Numbered from the stretch's first letter, positions 28,140-36,767 are shown. The stretch is 43,618 nucleotides of DNA from a bacterium (GCA_050874485.1 JBNMKT010000001.1:1-43618); one strand, 5' to 3'. A program made the numbers and translations. The notes: generated from the letters alone by a model not told the origin.

Positions 28140-28763
28140 CTACTCTCCCTTCTTTCCCTGTTCAAGTAATGCCTGGTATTGAGGATCTGTTTTTCTGAAA
28201 CAGTTCGCATTCTTAAATGTCACAGGAGACCTTTGTGCATAATTTCCCAAAATCTGATCAAACTGGTTATTCCTTGCCACTCGTTCTTCGTTTGTTTGAT
28301 GAAATTTCTTACCATCAACATAACTAACGCTGTTTCCAGCAAAATGTACATGCATAAATGAACTATCCGTTTTTTCCTTAGGTCTTGTCAAATGTGTTGC
28401 CGCAATAACTTGATATCCCATATCATAAAATTCTCGTCCCATTTCTTCAAATGCCATTACTACTAAACTTGGATTGCAGCCAACCTGACAAAATGCTTCT
28501 TCTTTAATCGAATACTGCATATGGAAAGCTCTCCTTCCACCTCTGGAATCTATATTATATACTCTCTGAATTTGATTCACCAGTTCAATCTGTTTAGCAA
28601 GGCTGTCATCATTATCTATACCATAACTTCTATAACTTACTAAATCAGTAGCATCTCTCTTATCTCTACAACAATACTTTGCGACTTTTTCAAAAGCATC
28701 TTTATTTCCATAGGCGCCTTTCTTATGATTCGAAATATTTATAAGCATTCCTTCAATTGACAT
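28140..28763 (-). CDS. Short relaxase/mobilization nuclease (HUH)
   Basis: N-terminal Tyr helix, AFH...S, YQVIAATH......HVHFAGNSVS..DGKK. Confidence 0.8.
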   Translation of the reverse strand: MSIEGMLINISNHKKGAYGNKDAFEKVAKYCCRDKRDATDLVSYRSYGIDNDDSLAKQIELVNQIQRVYNIDSRGGRRAFHMQYSIKEEAFCQVGCNPSLVVMAFEEMGREFYDMGYQVIAATHLTRPKEKTDSSFMHVHFAGNSVSYVDGKKFHQTNEERVARNNQFDQILGNYAQRSPVTFKNANCFRKTDPQYQALLEQGKKGE

Positions 28764-28993
28764 ACAATCCCTCCAATCTGTTGTTTTAATTCCGGTAAAT
28801 CATTGCACATCTGCGTAAGCTGCACGCAAAGCCGCGCTGTCATCTGTTGCTTACGCTTGTTTGTTATCCTTTTAGGAATACAGCAAGTCTCTATGTAATC
28901 TCCAACAGACATGCCATTCTCTTTTGCATGATCACTAATCGCTTGCTTTGTGATCTGTGAACATCGAAACTCTACCTTACTGTCTTTTGACAT
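28739..28993 (-). CDS. MobC-like ribbon-helix-helix accessory protein
   Basis: KVEFRCS...K..I...A...GMSV.DYI pattern. Overlaps the relaxase start. AGGAGG RBS. Confidence 0.65.
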   Translation of the reverse strand: MSKDSKVEFRCSQITKQAISDHAKENGMSVGDYIETCCIPKRITNKRKQQMTARLCVQLTQMCNDLPELKQQIGGIVCQLKECL

Positions 28994-29356
28994 CCATTTG
29001 ACCCTCCTTGTCATTTTGGGGATTCTATGAGAAGTTTGAATATATGTATAAATATAATTTCTTTATCATAATATACTTTCTATTTGTCATATTTCTTTAT
29101 TTCTGTATATTCTCTATTTTCAAGAATACCTTTTTCAGAATTACATATCTTTGATTTATATATATAACAAGTATACCTTTTGTCGGACATTTCTTCTTTC
29201 CCGATCAAAGCATCCCTCATTACAGAAGCCCTCCTTTGCATTTTTACTTATAGTATTGTTTATTCTATCCCTTCACGCTTTGTATTTGCCCACTTCTTAT
29301 CGTATAATACCGAAAAAGAAAGGTGTGCATCTCTGCCCACCTTCTCGCGGCCTGTT

Positions 29357-29761
29357 TTACACAGACATCACACATTTTTCGTTATAATACGGTATCAGTG
29401 AATCATGTGTCACAAATACCATTCCTTCTACCTTTGCCTGGGCTATAAGCAGCCGATCAAAAGGATCATTATGTCGCGGAGCATCTTCCGGTCTCACCAA
29501 AGTTTTGATCTTGTAGATATGCTCTGCAGCAATAGGCAACTGATGCAAGCCTGCTTCCACACATAATTCCACAAACGCTTCCTCTGATACAGGCATTTCC
29601 TCCGGTCGGATCTTATGCTTAATTGCGATCTCCCAAACCGAAGCCATGCTATAATACACCGTATTCCCGGATGATTTCAATGCTGCCACAACCTTATCCG
29701 GTAATTTTTCCGGAGCTGTGAATGCCCACAAGGCAATATGCGTATCTAATAACAGCTTCAT
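29357..29761 (-). CDS. PIN-domain (VapC-type) toxin
   Basis: LLDTH..LW, S.ASVWEIAIK, H.DPFDRLLIAQA and T.D. Confidence 0.92.
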   Translation of the reverse strand: MKLLLDTHIALWAFTAPEKLPDKVVAALKSSGNTVYYSMASVWEIAIKHKIRPEEMPVSEEAFVELCVEAGLHQLPIAAEHIYKIKTLVRPEDAPRHNDPFDRLLIAQAKVEGMVFVTHDSLIPYYNEKCVMSV

Positions 29762-30033
29762 CCTTCACTTGCCCCAAACATTTCTGCAATTTCATCATTA
29801 GCGCCATCAATATCGTCCGGTAACTGATACTTCCCTTTTGCAAGCCCCAGCTTAACGCCCGTATCCGGTACGGTCAGATGTATGGTAAACGGCATAGCTT
29901 TGTCCTGTACGCTCTGCTTTGCGAAGATACGCACCGCCTCTGCAAAAGATGTCCCCATGTTCTTATAAAGGCTCTCCACCTGTTCTTTGAGATCAGCGTC
30001 CATTCTCACTTGTAACGTAGCTTCTTTTGCCAT
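29758..30033 (-). CDS. RelB/DinJ-type antitoxin
   Basis: LQVRMD..LK......Y..MG....EAVRIF..Q.V....MPF. ATGA overlap with the toxin start. Confidence 0.85.
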   Translation of the reverse strand: MAKEATLQVRMDADLKEQVESLYKNMGTSFAEAVRIFAKQSVQDKAMPFTIHLTVPDTGVKLGLAKGKYQLPDDIDGANDEIAEMFGASEG

Positions 30034-30051
30034 GAGATCCCCTCCTTTTTT

Positions 30052-30069
30052 GTAATACAATTGTACTAC
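30052..30069. promoter_or_regulatory. Putative TA operator palindrome
   Basis: GTAATACAATTGTACTAC (perfect core TACAATTGTA) just upstream of the antitoxin RBS, overlapping a TACAAT -10. Confidence 0.6.
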
Positions 30070-30144
30070 GTTATTTTATCTTACGCAACCCTTTCTTATG
30101 CAGTCCCCCTCTCTCCCGGCAAGCGACATTTTTTGACAAAGACA

Positions 30145-30172
30145 CGGCACCTTGGATTTCTCCAAGATGCCG
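30145..30172 (-). terminator. Hairpin downstream of paralogue 2
   Basis: CGGCACCTTGGA-TTTC-TCCAAGATGCCG (one mismatch). Confidence 0.6.
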
Positions 30173-30183
30173 CCATGCTTGTC

Positions 30184-30366
30184 TTATGCACTTACCTTTG
30201 TATCCGTCCCTAAATGATCGCCGTTGGCAGCCTGCTCCTTACGACTTGCCTGTAGCACACGGTTCAAATAGTCGTTTGCCCTGTCACTCAAAGCATACTG
30301 CCCGCTCTTGACTAATTCCGTGACATCTTCTCCTGCTGCATTCGTAATCATACCAAGATGTACCAT
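30184..30366 (-). CDS. 60-aa protein, paralogue 2 (candidate recombination directionality factor)
   Basis: MVHLGMITNAAGEDVTELVKSGQY. GGAG RBS. Preceded by a perfect dyad AATCATGTA-GTTA-TACATGATT (30379-30400). Confidence 0.75.
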   Translation of the reverse strand: MVHLGMITNAAGEDVTELVKSGQYALSDRANDYLNRVLQASRKEQAANGDHLGTDTKVSA

Positions 30367-30419
30367 CAATATCACTCCAATCATGTAGTTATACATGATT
30401 GTTGCCGGAATGATATTTT

Positions 30420-32219
30420 TTAATCATCATCTCGATATATGTATACTGTTCCCCCGTATTTCTTTTTCATTTTATACGGAATACCCAAATGTTTCATAAG
30501 CCCATTAAACATTTCCGCTCCATATATCTGACCTTCCTTGGCCTTGGCTTTTTTATACAAACGAGATCTTGCAGATTCTATAGTAATATCTTTCCCTCTC
30601 GCTTTTCCTAGAAAAAGATCTCCATCATCATTTTCAATCAAATCAAATAATGCAGTCCTTATCAAATTAAAACCTTCAATAGCTTCTTCTTTTGATACCC
30701 CTTCTTTCGGGAACTGACATAAATATGATTCTATAATATTTCTGCATTCCTTATAATGATCCTCCAAATATTCATTTACAATTTTGTTCGTTTCATCTTC
30801 TCGGTTCAACCACGACAACTGAATACGAACAAAAGCCCATTTATCTTTTTCCAACTCAGCATCTAATTTTTCATAAAGTGCTTTCAAATAATCAAGTTGA
30901 GCAATACTCAGGTCACTTTTCACAACATTTAAAGCATCATCAATATAGCAAACACTTTTTACAGTTTTATACACCTGATTCGATTTAAGCATCATTTCTA
31001 TTAATTTGCATTGCATTTGCTGAGGAACTTTTTTATTAAACGTAGCAACAACACCAAAGTCGTTATCAAAAAATTGGAGTGCCTTATTCACCTTTTTCAA
31101 TTTTTTTGAAAAAGAATTATGTTCTCCAATCGGTATATACAAATGTACATTCTCATAACTCTCTGTCCTAATTCTGCCTAAACACTGTAAAAATTCTATT
31201 TTATTATCAGCAAATATAACAATATTGTTTCTATCCTCTACCACCGACACGCCACAATCTAATACGTATGTCAAAATACATACCTTATATGAACCTTTTC
31301 GTTGTTCCACAAAACGATCAACTTCTTTATGTGCTTCCGGATCATGTCTGTACTGCGCATCAATAAAAATACTTTTTATCTGTTTCTTTTTCAAAGCCCT
31401 ATCAAGTGCACTTCCCTTTTTCTTGTCATCAACAAAAACCATCCATTTTTTTGACTTTTGCATTAAAATCATATCTTGTAAGTCTTGATAAGTTTTAAAC
31501 AGATGGATATTTAAACCCATATATTTATTCTTTATATCCAACGTATACGTATGTGGCTTAACAAATGTATTTCGTTCCATGCACATACGTTTCAAATTAT
31601 TAGCACAATACTGCTCTATATTCTCCATCGTGGCAGACATGAATATCATTGTATATCCGCAATGAATCGGGAATGCCTTCAACTTATTGTGAAACAACAA
31701 ATTTACAAATGACAATTCTGTAGATGGGTTAAAAAGCGAGTCAGACATAAAGTAATGAGCCTCATCCATCACAATATAGGAGCAAGAATTATATATATTT
31801 AACAGTCTCTGATAAGTAGCAGGACTTGAAACAACCGATTGGCATATCTGTTCAAAGCGTTGATATGTCACTACTATAAGATTGTCTTTTATATTTTGGT
31901 CTAAAGCCCCCCCTCTTCGCAACTTTGATTCCACTCCACATATATCCGCATCTAGTTGCATCTTCAATATTTTTCTATTAACGAGATACAATATCTTCTG
32001 ACCACGTGAAATAGCCCAAGGCAACAATTGATTAAGGACAAATGTTGTTTTCCCAGACCCAGTCGGAGCTGAAATAAAAATAGCATCATTTTCTTTCCAT
32101 TTTTTATAATCATCCCCTATTTGTTCAGTAACTGTCATGATTTTATTATCAGCTTTCTTCTGATCAATTTCGTATTCTTGAATACAGCCAATGGCTTTTT
32201 CATTTTGTACATACATCAC
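30420..32219 (-). CDS. Superfamily 2 DEAD/DEAH-box helicase-like protein
   Basis: APTGSGKT (motif I), DEAH (II), MSAT (III), T.VLD.GV (V) and Q.LGRIR (VI). Confidence 0.88.
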   Translation of the reverse strand: MMYVQNEKAIGCIQEYEIDQKKADNKIMTVTEQIGDDYKKWKENDAIFISAPTGSGKTTFVLNQLLPWAISRGQKILYLVNRKILKMQLDADICGVESKLRRGGALDQNIKDNLIVVTYQRFEQICQSVVSSPATYQRLLNIYNSCSYIVMDEAHYFMSDSLFNPSTELSFVNLLFHNKLKAFPIHCGYTMIFMSATMENIEQYCANNLKRMCMERNTFVKPHTYTLDIKNKYMGLNIHLFKTYQDLQDMILMQKSKKWMVFVDDKKKGSALDRALKKKQIKSIFIDAQYRHDPEAHKEVDRFVEQRKGSYKVCILTYVLDCGVSVVEDRNNIVIFADNKIEFLQCLGRIRTESYENVHLYIPIGEHNSFSKKLKKVNKALQFFDNDFGVVATFNKKVPQQMQCKLIEMMLKSNQVYKTVKSVCYIDDALNVVKSDLSIAQLDYLKALYEKLDAELEKDKWAFVRIQLSWLNREDETNKIVNEYLEDHYKECRNIIESYLCQFPKEGVSKEEAIEGFNLIRTALFDLIENDDGDLFLGKARGKDITIESARSRLYKKAKAKEGQIYGAEMFNGLMKHLGIPYKMKKKYGGTVYIYRDDD

Positions 32220-32303
32220 TCACGCATCTCCAATATAAGAAAAATAATAATTATATATATTTTCCTATTTTCTATTTTATCAGAAGCTTTTTATAATGCC
32301 AAC

Positions 32304-32930
32304 CTATTTTTTTATTATACGTTCAAATATCTCTGCAAATCCTTTATTCAAGCCATTTAAGTGGCTTTCGTCAATCTTCTTACAAGTATCTATCGATACC
32401 TTCAATTTATGCTTCATATCTAATCCAGCAAGTTTTTGCATTTCAATATAGGAAAAAACTTTAAGTATATTTCCTAAAGTTTTCGTACTCGGACTGCCCT
32501 CTCTCCGCATCTTATTATACTCTTCCTCAGTCACATAGGCTCCGCCCTTCATCGCCAGATACTGCTCTTTGAAGTCTGCCAGCCATTCAAAGGGACTCTT
32601 ACCGTTATATCTGCCCCGGTAGATGTATTCTCGATCAGGATAGTGTTCATCCATCCACTGATTAACCGAAGTGACCTTGAATCGGTTTTTAATCGTTGAC
32701 AGTGAGGGCAACTCCCTGTACTTATTAAAGTCATTCAGATTCGGCAGCCGACCATTGTGATCAATCCGGAACTGCTCAATCGCATCGAAGATGGCAGCCT
32801 CTGTCCATAAAACACCGGGCGTTTCCTGTTTCATATCCTCCAGCAGCTGCATCAGCTCCTCTTGGTATTCAAATTCCGGCAGTTGTGCTATAATCTCCTT
32901 AGCAATTATCAATGCTTGTCTTCTAGTCAT
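32304..32930 (-). CDS. Putative DNA-binding protein with two homing-endonuclease-associated-repeat-like units
   Basis: WTEAAIFDAIEQF...GRLP...DF.....LPS..TIKNRF and a second ...EEEYNK.R..GSPS..T unit. GGAGGT RBS before ATG 32930. Confidence 0.55.
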   Translation of the reverse strand: MTRRQALIIAKEIIAQLPEFEYQEELMQLLEDMKQETPGVLWTEAAIFDAIEQFRIDHNGRLPNLNDFNKYRELPSLSTIKNRFKVTSVNQWMDEHYPDREYIYRGRYNGKSPFEWLADFKEQYLAMKGGAYVTEEEYNKMRREGSPSTKTLGNILKVFSYIEMQKLAGLDMKHKLKVSIDTCKKIDESHLNGLNKGFAEIFERIIKK

Positions 32931-32951
32931 GTCAAAACCTCCATATTTGGC

Positions 32952-32983
32952 TGTTTCGACCAAGTACGTTCATTCCAATGATT
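32952..32983. other. attR junction
   Basis: Arm TGTTTCGACCAAGTAC (32952-32967), 7 nt, CC (32975-32976), then AATGATT continuing into sigG. Confidence 0.9.
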
Positions 32984-33466
32984 ATCGGTGAAGTGCGCCG
33001 CTATCTGCGCGACAACAGCAGTATCCGCGTCTCCAGATCACTGCGGGATACCGCCTACAAAGCGATCCACGCCAAGGAGCAGCTCATGAACCGCACGCAG
33101 GAGGAGCCGACCATTGAGGAAATTGCTGCTGAATCCGGCCTGACCAAGGAGGAGATCGTCTATGCCCTCGATGCGATCCAGAGCCCGGTCAGCCTCTATG
33201 GTCCGGTCTACACAGACGGCGGCGATACGCTCTATGTCATGGATCAGATCGCAGACAAGAAAAACAAAGAATCCCGCTGGATCGAGTCGCTCTCTCTATC
33301 TGATGCGATGGAGCGGCTCGGTGAGCGGGAGAATTATATCATAAAATTACGTTTCTTTGAGGGCAAGACACAGATGGAAGTGGCCCAGGAGATCCACATC
33401 TCACAGGCGCAGGTATCCAGACTCGAAAAATCCGCCCTGAATCATATGAAAAATTATCTGAAATAG
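32977..33466 (+). CDS. sigG: RNA polymerase sporulation sigma factor SigG, 3' fragment (codons 97-258)
   Basis: MIIGEVRRYLRDN..IRVSRSLRD, ALDAIQ.PVSL, DGGD..YVMDQI and GKTQMEVA.EI.ISQAQVSRLEK. Continues exactly from ...STYAVP. Confidence 0.95.
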
Positions 33467-33484
33467 TGTTCTGTGGCAACCCGT

Positions 33485-35092
33485 TTAACGATCCCATTTG
33501 TCACAAAGTGAATTGATCTGGTCTGCAAAACGTGCCAATTCCTTGTTGGGCAGACCCTCACTCTTATTGATGACAGCCAGCAGCCTCTGTCCGGCAGCCA
33601 GCAGTCTCGCAAATACATTGCTGGACGCTTTGCTGGAGTTTTTCGTTTTCTTCGGCAGCATCGTCCGGCTGCCCTGCTTGATGCAGGCGTTTGTAAACAA
33701 ATCGTAAATATCGCCACTATAAGGTGCGACCGCTTCGTAACCAAGCTCATTGTGCAGATGCATCGCAAATTCGTCCGTCACTTTATCCTCACCATGAACG
33801 ACAAACACCCGCTTCGGCGGATGCTTCCGGAACGCCGCAGCCCACTCCGTCAGCTTTGTGCGGTCTGCATGGCCACTGATACCAGGCAGATTGACAATCT
33901 CTGCACGCACTTCAATCTGTTCGCCAAACAGCTTGACTTCCTTCGCACCGTTTAACAGTGCATGACCAAGCGTGCCCGGCACCTGATAACCTACAAACAG
34001 AATCGTCGAATCATCACGCCACAGATTGTGCTTCAAATGATGGCGGATACGTCCTGCCTCACACATACCGGATGCAGATATGATGACAACCGGTTTTTTG
34101 AGGAAGTTGATCTGCTTGCTGGCATTGCTGTCTACTGCTGTTTTCAATCCCGGAAACTGAATCGGGTTAATACCATTTTCCACCAGCTCGAGTGCTTCCT
34201 CGCTAAAGCATTCCCGCACATTTTTATGAAATACATTCGTTGCCTCGATCGCTAACGGACTATCAATATATACTTCAAAATCTTCAAATTCCGGCAGCAG
34301 ATGCTCCGTCTTGATCCGCCGCAGGAAATACAGCATCTCCTGTGTACGTCCGACAGAGAATGCCGGGATGACCAGATTACCGCCCCGGATAAATGTCCGT
34401 TTGATAACCTCTGCCAGTTCCGTCGCATAATCTACCGGAAGATTGTGCTCCCGGTCTCCATAAGTAGACTCCATGATGACATAATCTGCTTCTTCCAGAA
34501 ATGTCGGAGACTTGATGAGCGGCTTGTTGCCCTGTCCGATATCCCCGGAAAATACGAGTTTGACCTCTTTTTCTTTTTCCGTTACCCACAATTCAATCGA
34601 AGAAGAACCGAGCAGATGTCCGGCATCCACAAAACGGATCTTCAGCGCATCATCGACCTGTACCGTCTCACCGTAGATGCACGGTGTGAACAGGTTTAAT
34701 ACACCCTGCACATCCTCCATCGTATATAACGGCTCAATCTGCGCACCACCGGACCGTTTTGCCTTACGGTTGCGCCATTCTGCCTCAAACTCCTGAATGT
34801 GTGCAGAGTCCTTGAGCATGATCACACACAGCTCATAGGTCGCCTGTGTACAGTAGATCCGTCCCCGGAATCCATGTGCATATAATAACGGCAGCAGACC
34901 GGAATGATCGATATGCGCATGTGTCACGAGCACGGTATCGATCGCCGCCGCGTTGACCGGGATCTCCTGATTCACATACAGATCCGGTCCCTGCTCCATA
35001 CCACAATCTACGAGCAGATGCTTATCCTCATACTGTAAAAAATGACAACTGCCTGTCACCTCATGTGCTGCACCCAAAAATTCAAGTAACAT
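33485..35092 (-). CDS. MBL-fold beta-CASP metallo-hydrolase (RNase, YSH1-like)
   Basis: GAAHEVTGSC, THAHIDHSG, AGHLLGS, FSGD, ESTYG, SASGMC..GRI.HH, SGHAD and VHGE. Confidence 0.92.
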   Translation of the reverse strand: MLLEFLGAAHEVTGSCHFLQYEDKHLLVDCGMEQGPDLYVNQEIPVNAAAIDTVLVTHAHIDHSGLLPLLYAHGFRGRIYCTQATYELCVIMLKDSAHIQEFEAEWRNRKAKRSGGAQIEPLYTMEDVQGVLNLFTPCIYGETVQVDDALKIRFVDAGHLLGSSSIELWVTEKEKEVKLVFSGDIGQGNKPLIKSPTFLEEADYVIMESTYGDREHNLPVDYATELAEVIKRTFIRGGNLVIPAFSVGRTQEMLYFLRRIKTEHLLPEFEDFEVYIDSPLAIEATNVFHKNVRECFSEEALELVENGINPIQFPGLKTAVDSNASKQINFLKKPVVIISASGMCEAGRIRHHLKHNLWRDDSTILFVGYQVPGTLGHALLNGAKEVKLFGEQIEVRAEIVNLPGISGHADRTKLTEWAAAFRKHPPKRVFVVHGEDKVTDEFAMHLHNELGYEAVAPYSGDIYDLFTNACIKQGSRTMLPKKTKNSSKASSNVFARLLAAGQRLLAVINKSEGLPNKELARFADQINSLCDKWDR

Positions 35093-35179
35093 AACCCCAT
35101 CTCCTTTACGCTTTTTTGCCAAGTTCTTTTGTTAACCCCCAAAAACTCTCTTTTTTATTATTTTATCACTTTTTTCTGA

Positions 35180-35917
35180 TTATTCAAAGCGAATTATCTC
35201 TTTTTTCAGTCGTTTCATGATCTTTTTTTCCAATCGTGAAATATAGGACTGGGAGATTCCCAGTGTATCAGCGACTTCCTTTTGTGTCAGTTCTTTTCCG
35301 TCCGGCTGATGCAGTCCAAACCGCAGCTCCACGATCTGGCGTTCTCTGTCGGACAGATGCTCGATCGCATTTCCGAGCAGCTTTTTTTCGACCTCGCTCT
35401 CGATATCCTTTGAGATCACATCCTCATCCGTTCCCAATATATCTGATAATAACAGTTCATTGCCATCCCAGTCTACGTTTAACGGTTCATCGATGGATAC
35501 CTCCATGCGTGTTTTACTGTTGCGCCGCAGATACATGAGTATCTCGTTTTCAATACAACGGGAGGCATAGGTCGCAAGCTTGATCTTTTTAGCCGGATCA
35601 AACGTGTTGATTGCCTTGATCAGTCCGATCGTCCCGATGGAGATCAGATCCTCCACACCGACGCCGGTATTGTCGAATTTTTTAGCAATATAGACAACCA
35701 GCCGCAGATTATGCTCTATGAGCTCTTTGCGCGCCTCCGCACAGTTATCCCCCATGAGCAGGATGCACTCCCGCTCACGCTCTGCTGCAAGTGGCGGTGG
35801 CAGCACCTCTGCACCACCGATATAGTGTATCTCCCGCTCCTTGCGAAACAGCATTGTATATAATGTCGGTATCATCTTTAGTTGAAAACGATTCGGTACG
35901 TTGATTTTTATGTACAT
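35180..35917 (-). CDS. sigE: Sporulation sigma factor pro-SigE
   Basis: [57 protein letters not shown] and [18 protein letters not shown]. Follows spoIIGA. Confidence 0.96.
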   Translation of the reverse strand: MYIKINVPNRFQLKMIPTLYTMLFRKEREIHYIGGAEVLPPPLAAERERECILLMGDNCAEARKELIEHNLRLVVYIAKKFDNTGVGVEDLISIGTIGLIKAINTFDPAKKIKLATYASRCIENEILMYLRRNSKTRMEVSIDEPLNVDWDGNELLLSDILGTDEDVISKDIESEVEKKLLGNAIEHLSDRERQIVELRFGLHQPDGKELTQKEVADTLGISQSYISRLEKKIMKRLKKEIIRFE

Positions 35918-36699
35918 CCATGATCTCCCTTCCAATGATAATCAAACGCTGCCGGCAGGATCATCCGGTAATCTTTCCCTGCAAAGACCGCATCATCTGC
36001 CCTGCCGACCACGGCTCCCGTCTGCCTGCCACCCTGCCATTCCAGTGCGTCAATCGTTGTGACCTCCATCAACTGGCCAGCTGCCCCAACTGTAGAAAAA
36101 GGAATCAACCGCGTAGCCGCAGTCCCACCGGTCAACTGTGTATACTCCGTTTCTGCCACTATACAGACTGGCATATGCACATACGGATCGTTCAACCGGT
36201 TTCCCGTATCATAGAGCCCCACGACTTCCACCGCAGCCTCTCCCTGATGCAGAGTGACCTGACAGAGTCTCTCATCATGCAGCATACGCCGTTCCTCTAA
36301 CAGCAAGGAAACCAGCATACTACAGGCACATATCACACATCCAAGGGCAAACCAGCAGCCACTCGGCAGATATGCCTGCGCAATCCCTAAAATCCCTCCA
36401 GCTGCAACTGTTGCCACCATTCCCCATGAAAAAAGACGTAAAAATACACCTGCTGTCTGCGGACGAAACAAAAGCCAGATCACAGCTGCACGCAACAGCA
36501 CGCCTCCTGCCATGACAGCTGCTCCGTATCCTGCCAGCACAAATATGAGAATCTGCAGCGCTGCCGCCACCGCATTGACCCACAAAATATGTATCACCGG
36601 GCATTCCCGTTTCATCCACAGATTTATAAACAGACACACCTGCAGCTCTACAAAAAAAGTACGCAGCCACAGCACATCTATGTATATCGTCAGCTCCAC
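35908..36699 (-). CDS. spoIIGA: Sigma-E processing peptidase SpoIIGA
   Basis: IYIDV N-terminus, multiple TM helices, DTGN.L.DP aspartic-protease motif and R.IPF.TVG. Confidence 0.9.
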   Translation of the reverse strand: MELTIYIDVLWLRTFFVELQVCLFINLWMKRECPVIHILWVNAVAAALQILIFVLAGYGAAVMAGGVLLRAAVIWLLFRPQTAGVFLRLFSWGMVATVAAGGILGIAQAYLPSGCWFALGCVICACSMLVSLLLEERRMLHDERLCQVTLHQGEAAVEVVGLYDTGNRLNDPYVHMPVCIVAETEYTQLTGGTAATRLIPFSTVGAAGQLMEVTTIDALEWQGGRQTGAVVGRADDAVFAGKDYRMILPAAFDYHWKGDHGCT

Positions 36700-36734
36700 A
36701 TATGCATTCCCTCCCTGCCACCTTGATAAAAAAG

Positions 36735-36767
36735 ATTATACTGCTGACATCATGCAGATTTTGTCAC
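36735..36767 (-). promoter_or_regulatory. Probable Spo0A/sigmaA-dependent spoIIG promoter
   Basis: GTGACA-N21-TATAAT with a 0A-like TGACAAA over the -35. The over-long spacer is characteristic of spoIIG/spoIIE promoters. Confidence 0.55.

Larger units (their letters stand above)
14188..32976. mobile_element. 18.8-kb sigG-intervening integrative (probably mobilizable) element with a large serine recombinase
   Basis: Bounded by the two in-frame sigG halves, a CC(G/A)ATGATT direct repeat and 16-bp inverted arms. Recombinase abuts attL. Carries relaxase, TA pairs and RecT/YqaJ. Several segments are visibly more AT-rich than the flanks. No phage structural genes or T4SS seen. Confidence 0.95.

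Noticed and set aside
14188-32976. Prophage interpretation (RecT/YqaJ, XRE, excisionase-like gene)
   Set aside because: No terminase, portal, capsid, tail or lysis genes. A relaxase is present instead.
33197-33210. YGPVY in SigG where Y/FEP is usual, as a sign of pseudogenisation
   Set aside because: A single substitution in an otherwise intact frame. It cannot be judged without alignments.
13901-33466. The split gene being sigK or sigF (ordinary skin), or two independent sigma genes
   Set aside because: KVEICGVNT.KLP and ALDAIQ.PVSL...DGGD..YVMDQI are SigG-specific, and the halves are complementary, non-overlapping and in frame.
36745-36766. TGACA...TGTCA dyad upstream of spoIIGA as a fifth WYL box
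   Set aside because: Spacer is 12 rather than 5 nt and the distance to the -10 differs. Better explained as Spo0A-type sites of the spoIIG promoter.
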